Part shown: in pieces, positions 51,745 through 64,000 of the stretch
Position numbering within the stretch: the stretch's first letter is position 1
How the letters are laid out: each line of letters begins with the position of its first letter
The notes under the pieces: model-generated
Told to the model about the DNA's origin: nothing
The model's database searches: none
Seen by the model: only the letters and a program-made list of their open reading frames with translations
Source: Pecten maximus
Taxonomy: Eukaryota
Assembly (NCBI RefSeq): GCF_902652985.1
Contig: NC_047028.1
Location: forward strand, 25,110,001-25,174,000
DNA: 64,000 nucleotides
Direction: 5' to 3'
Position numbers and translations under genes: made by a program

Positions 51745-53562
51745 ATGGAACTTTCTATTACCCTCTTTTTCGATATACGTATCAAATATACAGTATACTG
51801 TTAAATTCCATTTTAAGCAGTAATCTGATTTTAGCGCTATTCGCACTGGAAACATTGCACTAAAATATTATTGTGCTTTTATATTTGCTATGTTCTTTTT
51901 CTGTAGCAAATGATGTCGATAAGCGAATTCTACAAATTTGCGCTAATCTCTAAACCACCGGCCAAATATGGCTTGTATCACTAACTTTAGATGACTTTAG
52001 CAAAACTATTTTCTTTAAAGAGGAAAGATTACATCGAATTGGAGCAGAGTGGTGGTCCTGAGTGGGTCAGACCATTTTCATTGCCCAAAGACACTTTACA
52101 GAAGAAGAAAAACGTTATTATTTTTTTATTTCTCCTACTGAGTCTAGCCCCTTGGGCCCAAGAGTGTCCGTATTCAACAGTTTTTGTACAAAACTGGTTC
52201 TCCTTCACCAAAAGATGCTTCAGCCCATTTTCTTCCATAATCCACTGAGTTGTTTATGATTATCATAGTACCTATACAAAAGAAAAGTTGACATACGGAC
52301 GACTGATGGACGACGGACATTGCGCCGTACCATAAGCTATCGTTAGATTCAGGTAATCTAACAACGGCAGTGCGTACATGTTTGAGGTGTGCACCAAAAT
52401 ATACGTCTACGTTAGTATATACCATGTGTGTTAGGAACTAGCTTCACTTCACAGGGTGATGCCGTGGTTGCTAGGAATGTGATAAATCGATACCACACAG
52501 GAAAGGGAAAGACAGCTGACCCGCACTATGACGCCACTCACAAAAGCGTAACGTCATCATGTAGCGTAACCACGTCATCAGTTTCAACGCACATTTCATG
52601 AAACATTGATGAAAGCGCGGTAAAAAGGTTTCACATAGCTTTATAATTTGTTACTTTTGTAAGTGAAAAAAATATAGGCAAGCCTCGTGCTGACCTGCCA
52701 ACTGTTACACTCGGGCTGAGATATCCCTGTCATGAAAGATTCTATTAATATTCACTGCGGTTTTAACACTTCTAATGTTACTTTCAGCAAAAGTATCATG
52801 CGGATAATTTGCAGTCATAGACATCAATATTGCCTCCAAGGATAAACATATTTGGGTTACTAATTTGTAGAAGTTTGGCGCAATATCATCAAGATTACAA
52901 TTTATTGAATTATACGTATCACGGGATATTTTAATGTACCAGTACATATGATATATAATATGAATCTCATTTAAAGTGAAAAATACTGACTGACTTTCAT
53001 CTATATCCTATGTTATAACAATGCATGTGTAGGCTATCCTCATGTACAGCATTAAAAGTCATTATCGAGAGGTATATGGTAAATGGTATTTAGTTACAAG
53101 AGACTGAAGAGAATGACTGCATGACGGATAATACAGGTTATTATTAAAGTCAGTGGTCGGTTAAGTCAGGTTTCACACTGTTTTGTTGAATATTTTAGAT
53201 GAATATGGTTTGTGTTGTACATATAACAATAATATGGATTACACAAGTGAAATATCATTTTGGTTGTTAAATAATATTGTTATGTCTTTAAGCAATAAAA
53301 ATCCCCATATATCATGTCCAAGTTATTTCATTGTGACATATATCATGATCAAACGGCACAGGTTAAAACATATTAACGCGACATTACAGTTTCATTTGTA
53401 AATAACATGATGATAAAAGCTCTTATTTCTTCATCATGCCTAATCACACGCTACGTCAAATTTACCGAAGCCCTTTCCCCTTCCTCGTCGTTGAACCCGC
53501 TATCACTATAAAGTCCCCTGAGACACACTTTATAATACACAATATGTTCACAACGTACAGAT

Positions 53563-53750
53563 TCAGGGCGTTTTTCTGGGGGCTTTTTGGCTCCGTTTAT
53601 CGGGCCCATTCCCAATTAAAATTATTTCATATTTAAGCCCAATTCCCAAAATTTTCAATTAACTTCTGAAAAAAAGCTTTCCCAATTTACCAATTTTCTT
53701 TCCAAAACGGACAAAAATGCCCTTTCCCATATCAGCGAGGAAAAGCCCTG
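53563..53750. mobile_element. MITE with CAGGGC...GCCCTG ends; related copies at about 13950-14120, 15170-15320 and 25715/26900-27042
   Basis: Shared internal sequence ttatttcatatttaagc.caattcccaaaa...caccaattttcttcc.aaaa...ggcc.t.tcccaaac.ag. Confidence 0.65.
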
Positions 53751-55928
53751 AGATATGATAAAAGAAATACAAAACCCATACCTATGTTTTATCAATGGCT
53801 ATATTTCACTTAAGGGCATTAACATTTGCGGCTATATTTTGATATCAAATAGCTTGAATAAATTTAAGATACGTGGAGAAATATTACTTGCACTACACCC
53901 CTTAAACAACAGTTATGTTTATTTATCAAAACTCGGCCATAGAACAATGCTGTATCGCCCATATGACCTTGAGCTATAAATATACTTATCAACACTGTGG
54001 TTGGGCTCGTATACTGAAGTAGGTCAAGCGGCGAAGCCTATATAAAATCACTGATGTGTCACCGCACGCGTATACTAAGTACTTCTAAAGAAAACTGAAA
54101 TTCACATAAAGCATGCTGAGAGGTTGATAATAATATTTTCAAAAAACAATAAAAATAGGAAATTCTTGATACAAGGAAAGATGATATCATACACGTATGG
54201 AAAATATTGAAATATTACTGACTAATTAAAGGAAAATAACTCTGCATCTATGGTGTAATTAAGGATTTCCACTTTTAAAGTCTAAACCATTCAACTATCA
54301 ACTTTTTATTTTCATGTATATTGCCTCTTTTTGAGAAATATCTGTTTAAAAGAAGAAATATAATATGTATTGATGTAACGTGTTAAAACAGTAAAATCTT
54401 GACTTAGTTCATATTAAGTTATCAAATACTAAAAACAGAAACAGATTCAGATGAATATAAAATTACTATCAGTACAGACTTTAACTTCTGATTATAATGA
54501 AAACATCTCTCAGGTAACGAATATACACTCAGTAATGAATGAAAACTGGTCACATTTGAGCAGAGGAATATTTATCATTGTCAATAATACTATTAGTTAA
54601 TAAAGGAAACATATAGGTCAGTACATCAAAACAATAAATAATAGAGCACCAACGAAACAAAAATTCTGACTCAAATCGATAAAACCAGGATAAAATATAA
54701 ACAGAATACAAAATTGTATATTGGTCATTGAAAAAACATACAACGTTAATAAGACCCCTTGTTCAGGAAGGCTAAGCATAAATCTTTTTCAAAACACGGC
54801 AATGTTACTCCTCAAACTGAGAAGTGAAGAGTTGCCAATCTCAACAACGTAACCTTAGACACGACATCAAAGAGAACGTCGCCGACACAAAACGACACGG
54901 AGTTAAAGGGATAGACAATAAAAGGTAAGACAATCACAGTTATTGCCTTCAGTGTAGACTAATATATCACTGATAGGAAACCCGTTAATACTTTCTTTTT
55001 TAACGGTATATTTAAAACGAGATGAAGTTTCTTCCATATATGTTATCTCAGATTACCTCCCCTGTCCTTATTTGATAGATATCAAATATTGACCATTATA
55101 CAGATTTTATTATTTCGACACGACATAACAACATATTCTATCGAAAGAAATATTCGTAATAATATTCAATGCAAGACGGTTTAGACTAATTGATTCTACA
55201 GAATATAAATATGTATATTTCCTGTAATAATTCGAGAAAGAGTGTTCCTTACTTGAACAATTGCCGATTTATCAGTATTTTTTTACTTTTGACATTTTTA
55301 ATTATATTTTCCACATAAGGTTTCCATATAAAACATAAAGAAACAAAGACAACTTCCCCACACACTTACAAACTATACACATTTATAAAAAATAACATGT
55401 CTAACGTTGGAGTGCTTACCTAAAATGCATATGCATGTGTTTAATATATTGATCAAGTCTTAAATGCCTTTACCGAAAATCATATAGAGACGATGACTCA
55501 ACGATTTGTGATTTTGTTTTGCACGCACGACGGACTTAACAATAAATATTTGCTATTTATAGACCTAATATGTATCTATTCAGAATAGTACCATTATTGT
55601 TATATGTAATAATTGATCATTGTTAAATTTCTCTAAATTGACGATAAAATATATGTCTATCTGAATTACAGAAAACACAAATATTGATAGTTTGGTGAAT
55701 AGGAAGTATGTACCCCTACACGTTTCCGCTTACATTGAGGTCAACCTAGTCTTTCTCCGAATCGCAAGAAATATATTGGCCCAATAAAGGCGTCGGTTGG
55801 TACAACCGCGTCTTAGTTCCCGCCAGATGAGTATATCTATATGGGCTGCAGAAACGTGAGCGTCACACATCATCAGCTGACAGGCCGATGCAACACTGCA
55901 CCTTTACGTAAATTAAGGGACAATCAAA

Positions 55929-58900
55929 ATGAAAGTAGTTTTGGACGGAAAGGAATACAGACTAAGCGAAGGGACAGATCGACCCCACAGTTGTTGGTCC
56001 GAAAGCTTAGTCAGGCATATATTCTATGTCATCGTCTGTGTCTATATAGTTTGGTCAGCACGGGAAATCATCAACCTGAGAGACGAGGTATACAAACAAA
56101 AAGATGGGCATGCTTTACAACCGGCTGTGCATAAGGTAAACAAACACACGGCGTTACTATATTTTCAATATTGGGACATGCGTACTAAGAAATAGTGTAC
56201 CCACTTCATGTGTATCTACAACTGTGTATTAACTTTTTGATGTTTGAAGTTTTTCTTGTCGTTGCAAGAAATACTTTTAAAGATATATTAATTTTACTGT
56301 AGACATTAAGAAAACCTATGCTATTAATGTTATATTATTACTTATATTCGCACTACATCCTTACACATATATTTTTGTTATAAAGATAATATCATTTACG
56401 TGCATCAACTGATTAGATAATATTACCATGTGTAATGTTATAAAATTATAAGGGAGAAACTTATATTGATTGGTTTTATGATGATATCACAAGTACAAAA
56501 ATAATAATAATATTTTGATATTGGTTCATTTACCATTTTCTGAATTTGTCGAATTCTATTAAACTTTTTTTTTCTTCAAGAAAATTATTTTCAAGTTTAC
56601 AATGTATTTCTTTCCCAATTTGAGTTTTAAAAAATCTTGCTTTATCAAAGTTTTTTTTGTATTGATTTTGTTACTTTGATATCATTGCATGTATAATGAC
56701 ATTACACAACACGATATTAAAATATGTCAAATACCTGGAAATTATTGTACAAAAGACTCTGTAGAAATAAAACTTTTCATAACAAATAGAGAGTAAGATA
56801 GAGTAGAGTAAAAACGGATTATACTGGCCATGTAGCTATCCTTAATACTAGGGCTCGTCAGTGAGGCTATAGGCCTAAAGTGTTGATGATAGGAAGAAAC
56901 CAAAAGTAATGCCAAAATCTGGATGGTACGGAAACCCTGCAGTGACATCTTAAATTACCACCTGTTTGTTAGCATTTGTTACTTATTATTTTCTGTTTCT
57001 TGATTGTTGTTACTTATTTGTTACCATTGACTATGAATATCAATATGTTGTATTAAAACAGTTATCTGGTATATTATTAATATTATTATTGATATTTTAT
57101 TTCAAAGATGCTTTGCATAATTAAAAGTTTAGTTTTGTTATTAATTCTGTTGTTCCTATTTGCTATTATTAAGCTTGGGCGGGGCTTTTTTTTTTTTCAA
57201 ATGACGAATACTTCAATAAATTCTGATTATCAATAAATGTTAAATTGTCATTTAAGAAACAAACACTAATAGCATGTGCATTTTCTGAATCGTATCATTA
57301 TTCGCAGGAGGATAAGATAAAAAAGAGTGTCTATGACCTGTTATCTCACAGCTTTGCACGAAAGGCACACCCGATATCAGCACTTTTCATATTTATTTTT
57401 TTATTATGTAGAGCAAATATGAACTTTACTGCATCAAATAACTATTCCGTCCTAGGACGCGCCAGTGATGCTAGGGACATCATACAGTTATTCCGTCCTT
57501 CTAGGACGTGTCAGTGATGCTAGGGACATCATACAGTTATTCCGTCCTTCTAGGACGTGTCAGTGATGCTAGGGACATCATACAGTTATTCCGTCCTTCT
57601 AGGACGTGTCAGTGATGCTAGGGACATCATACAACTTAAGTCCCTCTGGGACCTGTCATTGATGTCTAGGACCAAACGGGTTGATGATTGGAGAAAACTA
57701 TGTTTTTCCGAGAAATTATTTTGTCTATGTATTTTTATTAAAATAAGGAACATGAATTTGATTGACATAAACCTGTATGTGTATTTTCTTACTGTATTAT
57801 AATAACAAACATAATAAATATATAATGCAACACAATATCCACAATATTAGACTATATCGAATTCCCGGAAATCTATTTTCCTAGAAATTGTTTTCTTTGC
57901 TGTTGTTAAGACTATCGAAGTTTTGAGAATCCATGGTAAAACCATCATTATCTATCTATTTTATCAGTTTTATCAGTTATACTTCCTGTCCTATATAAAC
58001 ACGGTGACGTAACATAAAAAACACATTAGGTACAGTATTTTTCGTAGAAAAGAATCACCACTAGATTTATGTTTATTTAAGACAGATGTGATTCAACACA
58101 TTCTTATTTTGCAATAGATTCGGGAAACTGAAGCGGAACAAGCTCATATCAGTGACGTACCTCAGGATCTAGAAAACACTTATGAAGTAGTCGATGAACA
58201 ATTCGAGAAGCCCATATTCCACCGCATTGCACGAGCAGCTCCTACAAAGGGTAAAGGAAAACGAAAACGAAAGCCGGGTATAGTTTTTACTAACACCTCT
58301 TTTTCTTATTACTTGGAAGAATAACGTTTGTGTCGCCATAACTATAGTATCTAAATTCAGAACCTTTTGAAAAGTCATTAGGAATTAAAATAATAAATGC
58401 AATTAGATTCAATATCCTTCAAGGAATTATATCTATTTTTATTTAGTTATTTATTTAGCAATATTTAAATTGAAATTTGATGTCAAGATACAACCACAAA
58501 TTCATGGTAGAATGATTAGGAATTCAAAGTTTAAGGAAATTATATAATGTCTGTTATGGAGAAACAAGATAACAACTTAACATTTCCGGGAACATTTTGA
58601 ACATTTCTATTAACTGTTTTTTATTAACACATTATTTAAAACTTTAAAAGTATTTTTCTCGAAATTAATCAACAGGTGGAAAATGATGTTTTACAGCTTT
58701 TATATACATGATTTTGGACATCTAGGCAATCACACATATAACTGAAATATACTAACACAACCTGCATTCGTGTGAGATAAAATATTGAGTGATTGACCAG
58801 CTACAACTATGCGGTAATACTTCTAACTACAAAGCATATTAATTATGGAATTAACTGGTAAAGGGCCTGTCACACACTACCAATGTACTTTGCCAGACTA

Positions 58901-61900
58901 CACAACTAAACAACGGCGAGGAAATCGACGGGAAATTGACCATAGAAAAGCTGTTGTGCCGGCGTTCCCGTTAGGATAATGTTATTGAAACATTCTATCG
59001 TTGTAGCGCTGCGGTTCCAGTACTGATTTGAAACATTTGAAGTTGTTATATACTGTTATATCATAGCAACATAGCCGTCTCAAAACGGTTCACAAATTTT
59101 CATCAGTGGTCATTTGGCCTATAGCAACCAGCCTATATCTTTCTTAACTCCATGGGGAGCATACAGCCGGAGCTGCCATTTCGGCGCTAACAGCTTACAT
59201 ACGATATTTCCTTGTCTTACAACGTACCCATATACAGCTGAGTCGAATGGAACACAACGAAGTATATTGTCAAAGGATATAACACAGTGCCCGTGACGGG
59301 ACTCGAACTACAGACCCTTCGGTTACGCAGCCCTGCGTCCTACAACTAGACCAATGTACCCCCTTTTTCTGATACCCGAAAAACGCCGGAGTTATGCTCC
59401 GATAAAATCCCGAAATCGGCCAGTTGTGACAGGCCCTTAATGAGTAATGAATTGAAATCTAAAGACTACCTCTGAAATTTCGAGGATGAGACCCTCAATT
59501 ATTTATAGCAATACGAAGTTGCAATAATTCAATTCAACTTAATTCAACTTTTTTAGCACGTTTTGTAATAACAAATGTTATTTGATGGCTAAACATGAAC
59601 ATAATGGAAATACCAATAACATGCATACAAAGTACTAGATCAAACTGGATGCGGGACCTGTCTTCCTCAGCTTTAATAGCTTTTGAATAACTGAACATTT
59701 CTTGAGTATTATTTTCGTATTTAATGACGATGTATTATTTGTTAAAAACATTTTGAGCCACTTAGAGCTGATAAACAGCCTTTTACCTCAACGCATATAC
59801 TCACAAATATTCATATTTTATCATGTTCTGCAGAAAGATCATTTTGCGCCCATTGCACCTTTTCACTTCAACCAACACAATAGCATTTAAAATTTATATC
59901 CGTTTATGTAAAGTTTAAATATAATATTACCTTCATTATACCTAATATTATGAAAATTGTTTACGAATCACCACAATAGGATCGAAGAAGAAATGTCCAA
60001 AGAAGTGCCGAGGCCCTCGAGGGTTCCGGGGATGGAAAGGAGTACCTGGAGCCAATGGAACGGATGGTCGTACGGGTATGCCAGGTGAAGCTGGGCCGCC
60101 AGGCAAACGAGGTCTTCAAGGTCCAGTAGGCACACCAGGACCAATCGGTCTTCCAGGTAAAGGTCAAAATCTAATTTTTCTGAATTTAGATATACACTTT
60201 ATGCAGGTTTTTTTCTGGAGTACTTCTTACTATTAACTGCAACTTCAAGTAAATTTTCAAACATTTATTTTATATAGAAGTCTACAAATAGCAAACATTA
60301 CGTAGATAATTTCATGTAGAAACCTCATTATTTAGTTCATGCAAACTTATATTTTGTAAGAGAATGTTCACAAGACATTTTTGAAATTATGCTTCAGGTA
60401 TACAAGGAGAGAAGGGAGATTCGGTAAGTCAATAATTTAATAAAATGAGTTTTTCCTCAAAGCTATATGGAATTTAATTTACCATTAGCTGGCATATAAC
60501 ATTGAAAGCTATAATTTTGCTGAAAATTGTATATACTTTACTGCAATCATACATGTTTTAGCGGTTATATTTTGGAGCTTTATCTGTGACGAGTACTATA
60601 TGTACATTTCACACATATGTTAAAATTAAGTTATAAGCTAATATCTGAATGTGCCAAGCTAAATGTACTTACACTATATACAAGTTGTACAATAAATCTA
60701 GCAATACAGTGGTATGTTTTGTTTACTGTTTTAACCACAATGTTTATTTTCATGACTCACATGTTGCGGGTCAGTGTATTATATTTCTAATGCATGTTTA
60801 TGAAGATCAGTGATAGCTTTATTTACACACACTTTAACAGTTAAATTTAAATGACATTCGCGTGGGTCTCAAATTTCGTGGAATCTAATTATTAACATTT
60901 CAAGATAACTGCACTTTAAACAAGTTTATTCTCATGACATGGCATCGAAGTACGTTACGTTCTACATCAAACTAAAAATAAAATCAACATTTATTTAAAT
61001 ATTAATAACGTTTACACAAGCCTTAAATAATAAAATGTTTACCAAATGATGGATACATGTATGTGGAATAGTCTTTTCACTAGACATTAAGGTATCCCAC
61101 TTATTCCATATATGTGTCCTATCTTGCAGGTTGGTACCATGGCAGCTCATTTCATCCCTGGTTTACCTCAACAAAAGCATTACAAGCGTTGACTCACGAA
61201 CAGGTAAGCTGTGCAGATTTTATCCAATACAATCTAAAAAAAAACCAAAAAATAAACAAATAAACAAACAAACAACAAATATACAATTAAAACAAAACGT
61301 ATTGCGAAATGTGTTACTTATTATACACATATATAGAGTATATTACATATTATATGATAGTACACGATCGTAAGTATTTGATAATGTTTTCCAAATTATC
61401 AAATAATTCATCACGGACGGAAGAGATAGGATACGCTAAAGTCGAAAAATGAAGTGATCCGCAGGGAAATCTCATATCCTTCCATACTTACAGATACCAC
61501 AGTTTATTAAAGAAAACACCAGAAGAATCTTGTTTTGCCCCAATAATATATCGCCTTTATTTCGTATTTTCAGCTCGCGTCTAGATTTGATCATATCAAT
61601 GTCTTTGTATTGTAATTGGTTTTCATATAAAGTAATATTTTCTTATTTCACTCAATGTATTGTATGTTATTGTTTATCTTTTTTATTATAGATTTGATGG
61701 GATGTAGGCCAATGTGGGGAGGAGACTATTGTGCATCAGAAAATATTTTTCACAGCAAAGGTAAGGATATTTGAAAAAAATAACCATTACAGATATTTAT
61801 TTGCATAAAATTATTTTTTTACCTCAATTTCTTATCCAAGAAAAATCATTCATAAACAGATAGTACAGAAATTATAGTACATTTCCAATAAACAAGTGGT

Positions 61901-63011
61901 TAAAATGTTATATGTTATATGTTGGTAGAAATTACTTCGTGATTCATCTTTCTATTTTTTTTTTTTTTTTTTTTTTGTTGTTGTTGGTTTTTTTTAAATT
62001 TTTTTTTTGAAAATATCAAAGAATTTATTTTTGATTAGAGCCGAAAATGTCGTAATAATGAAAACAACCTGTCATACAGCCGCATGAAATATTTTGTTTA
62101 TAATAAATGCCCTCTCTTTTTAATTAAAAAAGTTACCCCCGCTGTCCTTTCCCTTTCTTATTATGTCTTTCATTTCATTTTCAGTAGCCAACCATGTGAT
62201 GCAGTTCCTCTCCATCCAGACCCTGATAAACAGGGTCACGTCGCCTATCGAGAGACAATTAGATGGACGGTTTAAAGCATTATACACTGGTCTCTACATG
62301 TTATATATAAACGTACGTAACATTTGTATGATATCAATTCCCTCTAGAAATATTAATCTATTAATTTCTTAATTTATTGCTTTTACATTCCTATATTATC
62401 GAAATAAGTTAAGAACTAATATGGAATGGTCGGGGATAACTCTAGGTTTTACCTTGTAACACTAGGTAACACACTAGCATCGCCTAGTCAGTTATTTTCT
62501 TAGCGAGTTATTTGTAATATTTTAGTTTTACTTTGAAAATAAATTAAATTCAGGTTCGAATTCGTATCTCACTTTAATGTAGCTCCAGTGGAAAGCATAA
62601 GGCATACATATACGTTAGGTATGCTTTATGGTACGATAAGCAGGGGATAGTTTATATTTACTGTTTCTGTGTATGATCTAGTGCTGAATTTAACATAGTG
62701 CTGTCTTTATTATTCAGACTCAGTCTCTGGTCAAAGATTCACACCATGAGATCGGTCTCTTCATCAGTGACGACAGTCAGAAGTGGCCTGTGATCGACAT
62801 GTCCTGCATTGTGGCTACTGATCGCATTCTCACGAAGATCACAAGCAGACAAGCCAAATACATAGGGGCCAGGACAAAGTCGTGTGGAAATGTTGGCACG
62901 TTCTATATTGAAAAGGACCAAATGATTTCTATAGTCATCACTAGACCTCAAAGGGCTGTGATGCTTAGCAAGCATACTAACTTTGGGGCAGTCCTTCTTT
63001 CCCATGCATGA
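55929..63011 (+). CDS. Ectodysplasin-A-like TNF ligand C, 8 exons, with a +1 frameshift in exon 5 (null allele, pseudogene or assembly error)
   Basis: Exons 55929-56135, 58118-58277, 59980-60156, 60398-60423, 61130-61203, 61692-61760, 62185-62312 and 62718-63011 have the same layout as gene B. Motifs: YVIVCVYIVWSAREI, FHRIARAA, KCPKKCR, 19 Gly-X-Y, AAHF, DGRFKALYTGLYMLYIN, TNFGAVLL. Exon 5 is 74 nt where 73 is required. Confidence 0.85.
57435..57632. repeat. 49-bp tandem repeat (about 4 units)
   Basis: ctaggacgtgtcagtgatgctagggacatcatacagttattccgtcctt, period 49. Confidence 0.92.
58862..59437. mobile_element. PIF/Harbinger-type MITE containing a nested SINE
   Basis: Terminal inverted repeats AGGGCCTGTCACA / TGTGACAGGCCCT, with TAA on both sides (58859-58861, 59438-59440). 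Confidence 0.75.
59110..59363 (-). mobile_element. tRNA-derived CORE-like SINE
   Basis: Minus-strand head gggggtacattggtctagttgtagg...gttcgagtcccg (A and B boxes), followed by CORE-like ccattcgactcagctgtatatgggtac. Confidence 0.7.
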
Positions 63012-63349
63012 AAAGAAGTGAGAAACCATGACATTACATGAAGGTTGCAAATCACACTTAATGCAATTGCCTGCATAATTGGTTTTTGTTGTGTCCTCCT
63101 TAAGTATATTATTTTGATTTGAAGTGTCGCCGATGACGCAGAACATGTTTACTTTTCCAAAACACTTGTTATTATCTCTTTTGCATGTTTCAAGGTCTCC
63201 TTTTAAATAAGGATTTTGTTAATTTTTCGCAACAAGAGGTTTGTATATCACTTCTCTGGTATGATAACGATTTTGTTGAGACGTAAATTTTATATTTATG
63301 ATATTGGAAGACAACAACGGTTATCATTCTGAAAATCAATTTGTATAAC

Positions 63350-63447
63350 ATAGGTCATCAGATGGGAAGTGAATTCGTTCACTATAGGTCATCAAATGGG
63401 AAGTCAATTCGTTCACTATAGGTCATCAGATGGGAAGTCAATTCGTA
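63350..63447. repeat. 34-bp tandem repeat (3 units)
   Basis: taggtcatcagatgggaagt(g/c)aattcgttcacta repeated three times. Confidence 0.9.
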
Positions 63448-64000
63448 CAACAAAGTCACCACATGTCCATATTCAGGAAGCCATCCTCTCGCCATTCTGA
63501 AACCATTGATTATCATTTTATTTATTTTCGTATCCATTTTCACACCTGATTTGTATATACATATTTTTGTTTTTGTTTTGTGATAATGGCATATTCATTG
63601 CAAAAAGACACAATTAAACATCACATTTAGATATGCATTTTTAAATATGTACAGCGTAGACTTCATAACGAATAAAACTATAAAACTGTGTATATATATC
63701 TTTATATTACTATTTGAATTCGTGAAATAAAAGATATGTGCAACATGTGAACATAGAAGATATCGATTATTATTGTTTGCTATCTTCAATATCTGTCGTG
63801 AAATCACAAGGGTATGCAGCATGCAAATCATCAAAGATTTAAGGTAATTATATTAATGGATTGCAATTGATTCAATCTCATGTATCAAATCTAACTGGAC
63901 ACCTCGTGAATATTGATGTCGTGTACTTTGTAAGATAATAGTCATGCATTTCAAAAAGTAAATGGGATGTGTTAGTAAATTACTTTTTAATCCCTTCCAG

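Overview
AT-rich eukaryotic DNA with GT-AG introns, most likely from a bivalve mollusc (inferred from V/CORE-type SINEs, Helentron-associated elements and gene families). The ORF track misses most of the real genes, which are spliced. Manual exon assembly gives six genes. (1) The 5' part of a secreted short-chain collagen C4-like protein (- strand, runs off the window). (2) A 13-coding-exon divergent RFX4/6/8-type transcription factor (-, 6540-19452, about 528 aa). (3) Head-to-head with it, a BTB-BACK-Kelch gene (+, 21098-27523, about 648 aa). (4-6) A tandem array of three type II transmembrane TNF-superfamily ligands (+, 38435-63011). Two have the ectodysplasin-A (EDA) layout (TM, RxxR site, basic patch, 19 Gly-X-Y triplets, TNF domain), one of these carries a +1 frameshift, and the remaining one lacks the collagen segment. 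Repeats include a dead mariner, CR1/L2-like LINE remnants, SINEs, MITEs, tiny palindromic insertions, HINE elements and several minisatellites. Most notable: the EDA-like cluster, a 32-bp minisatellite made of about 43 copies of an RFX exon/intron junction, and a transposon-borne array of RFX X-box motifs about 6 kb from the RFX promoter. All family assignments are from motif recognition by eye; no searches were run.
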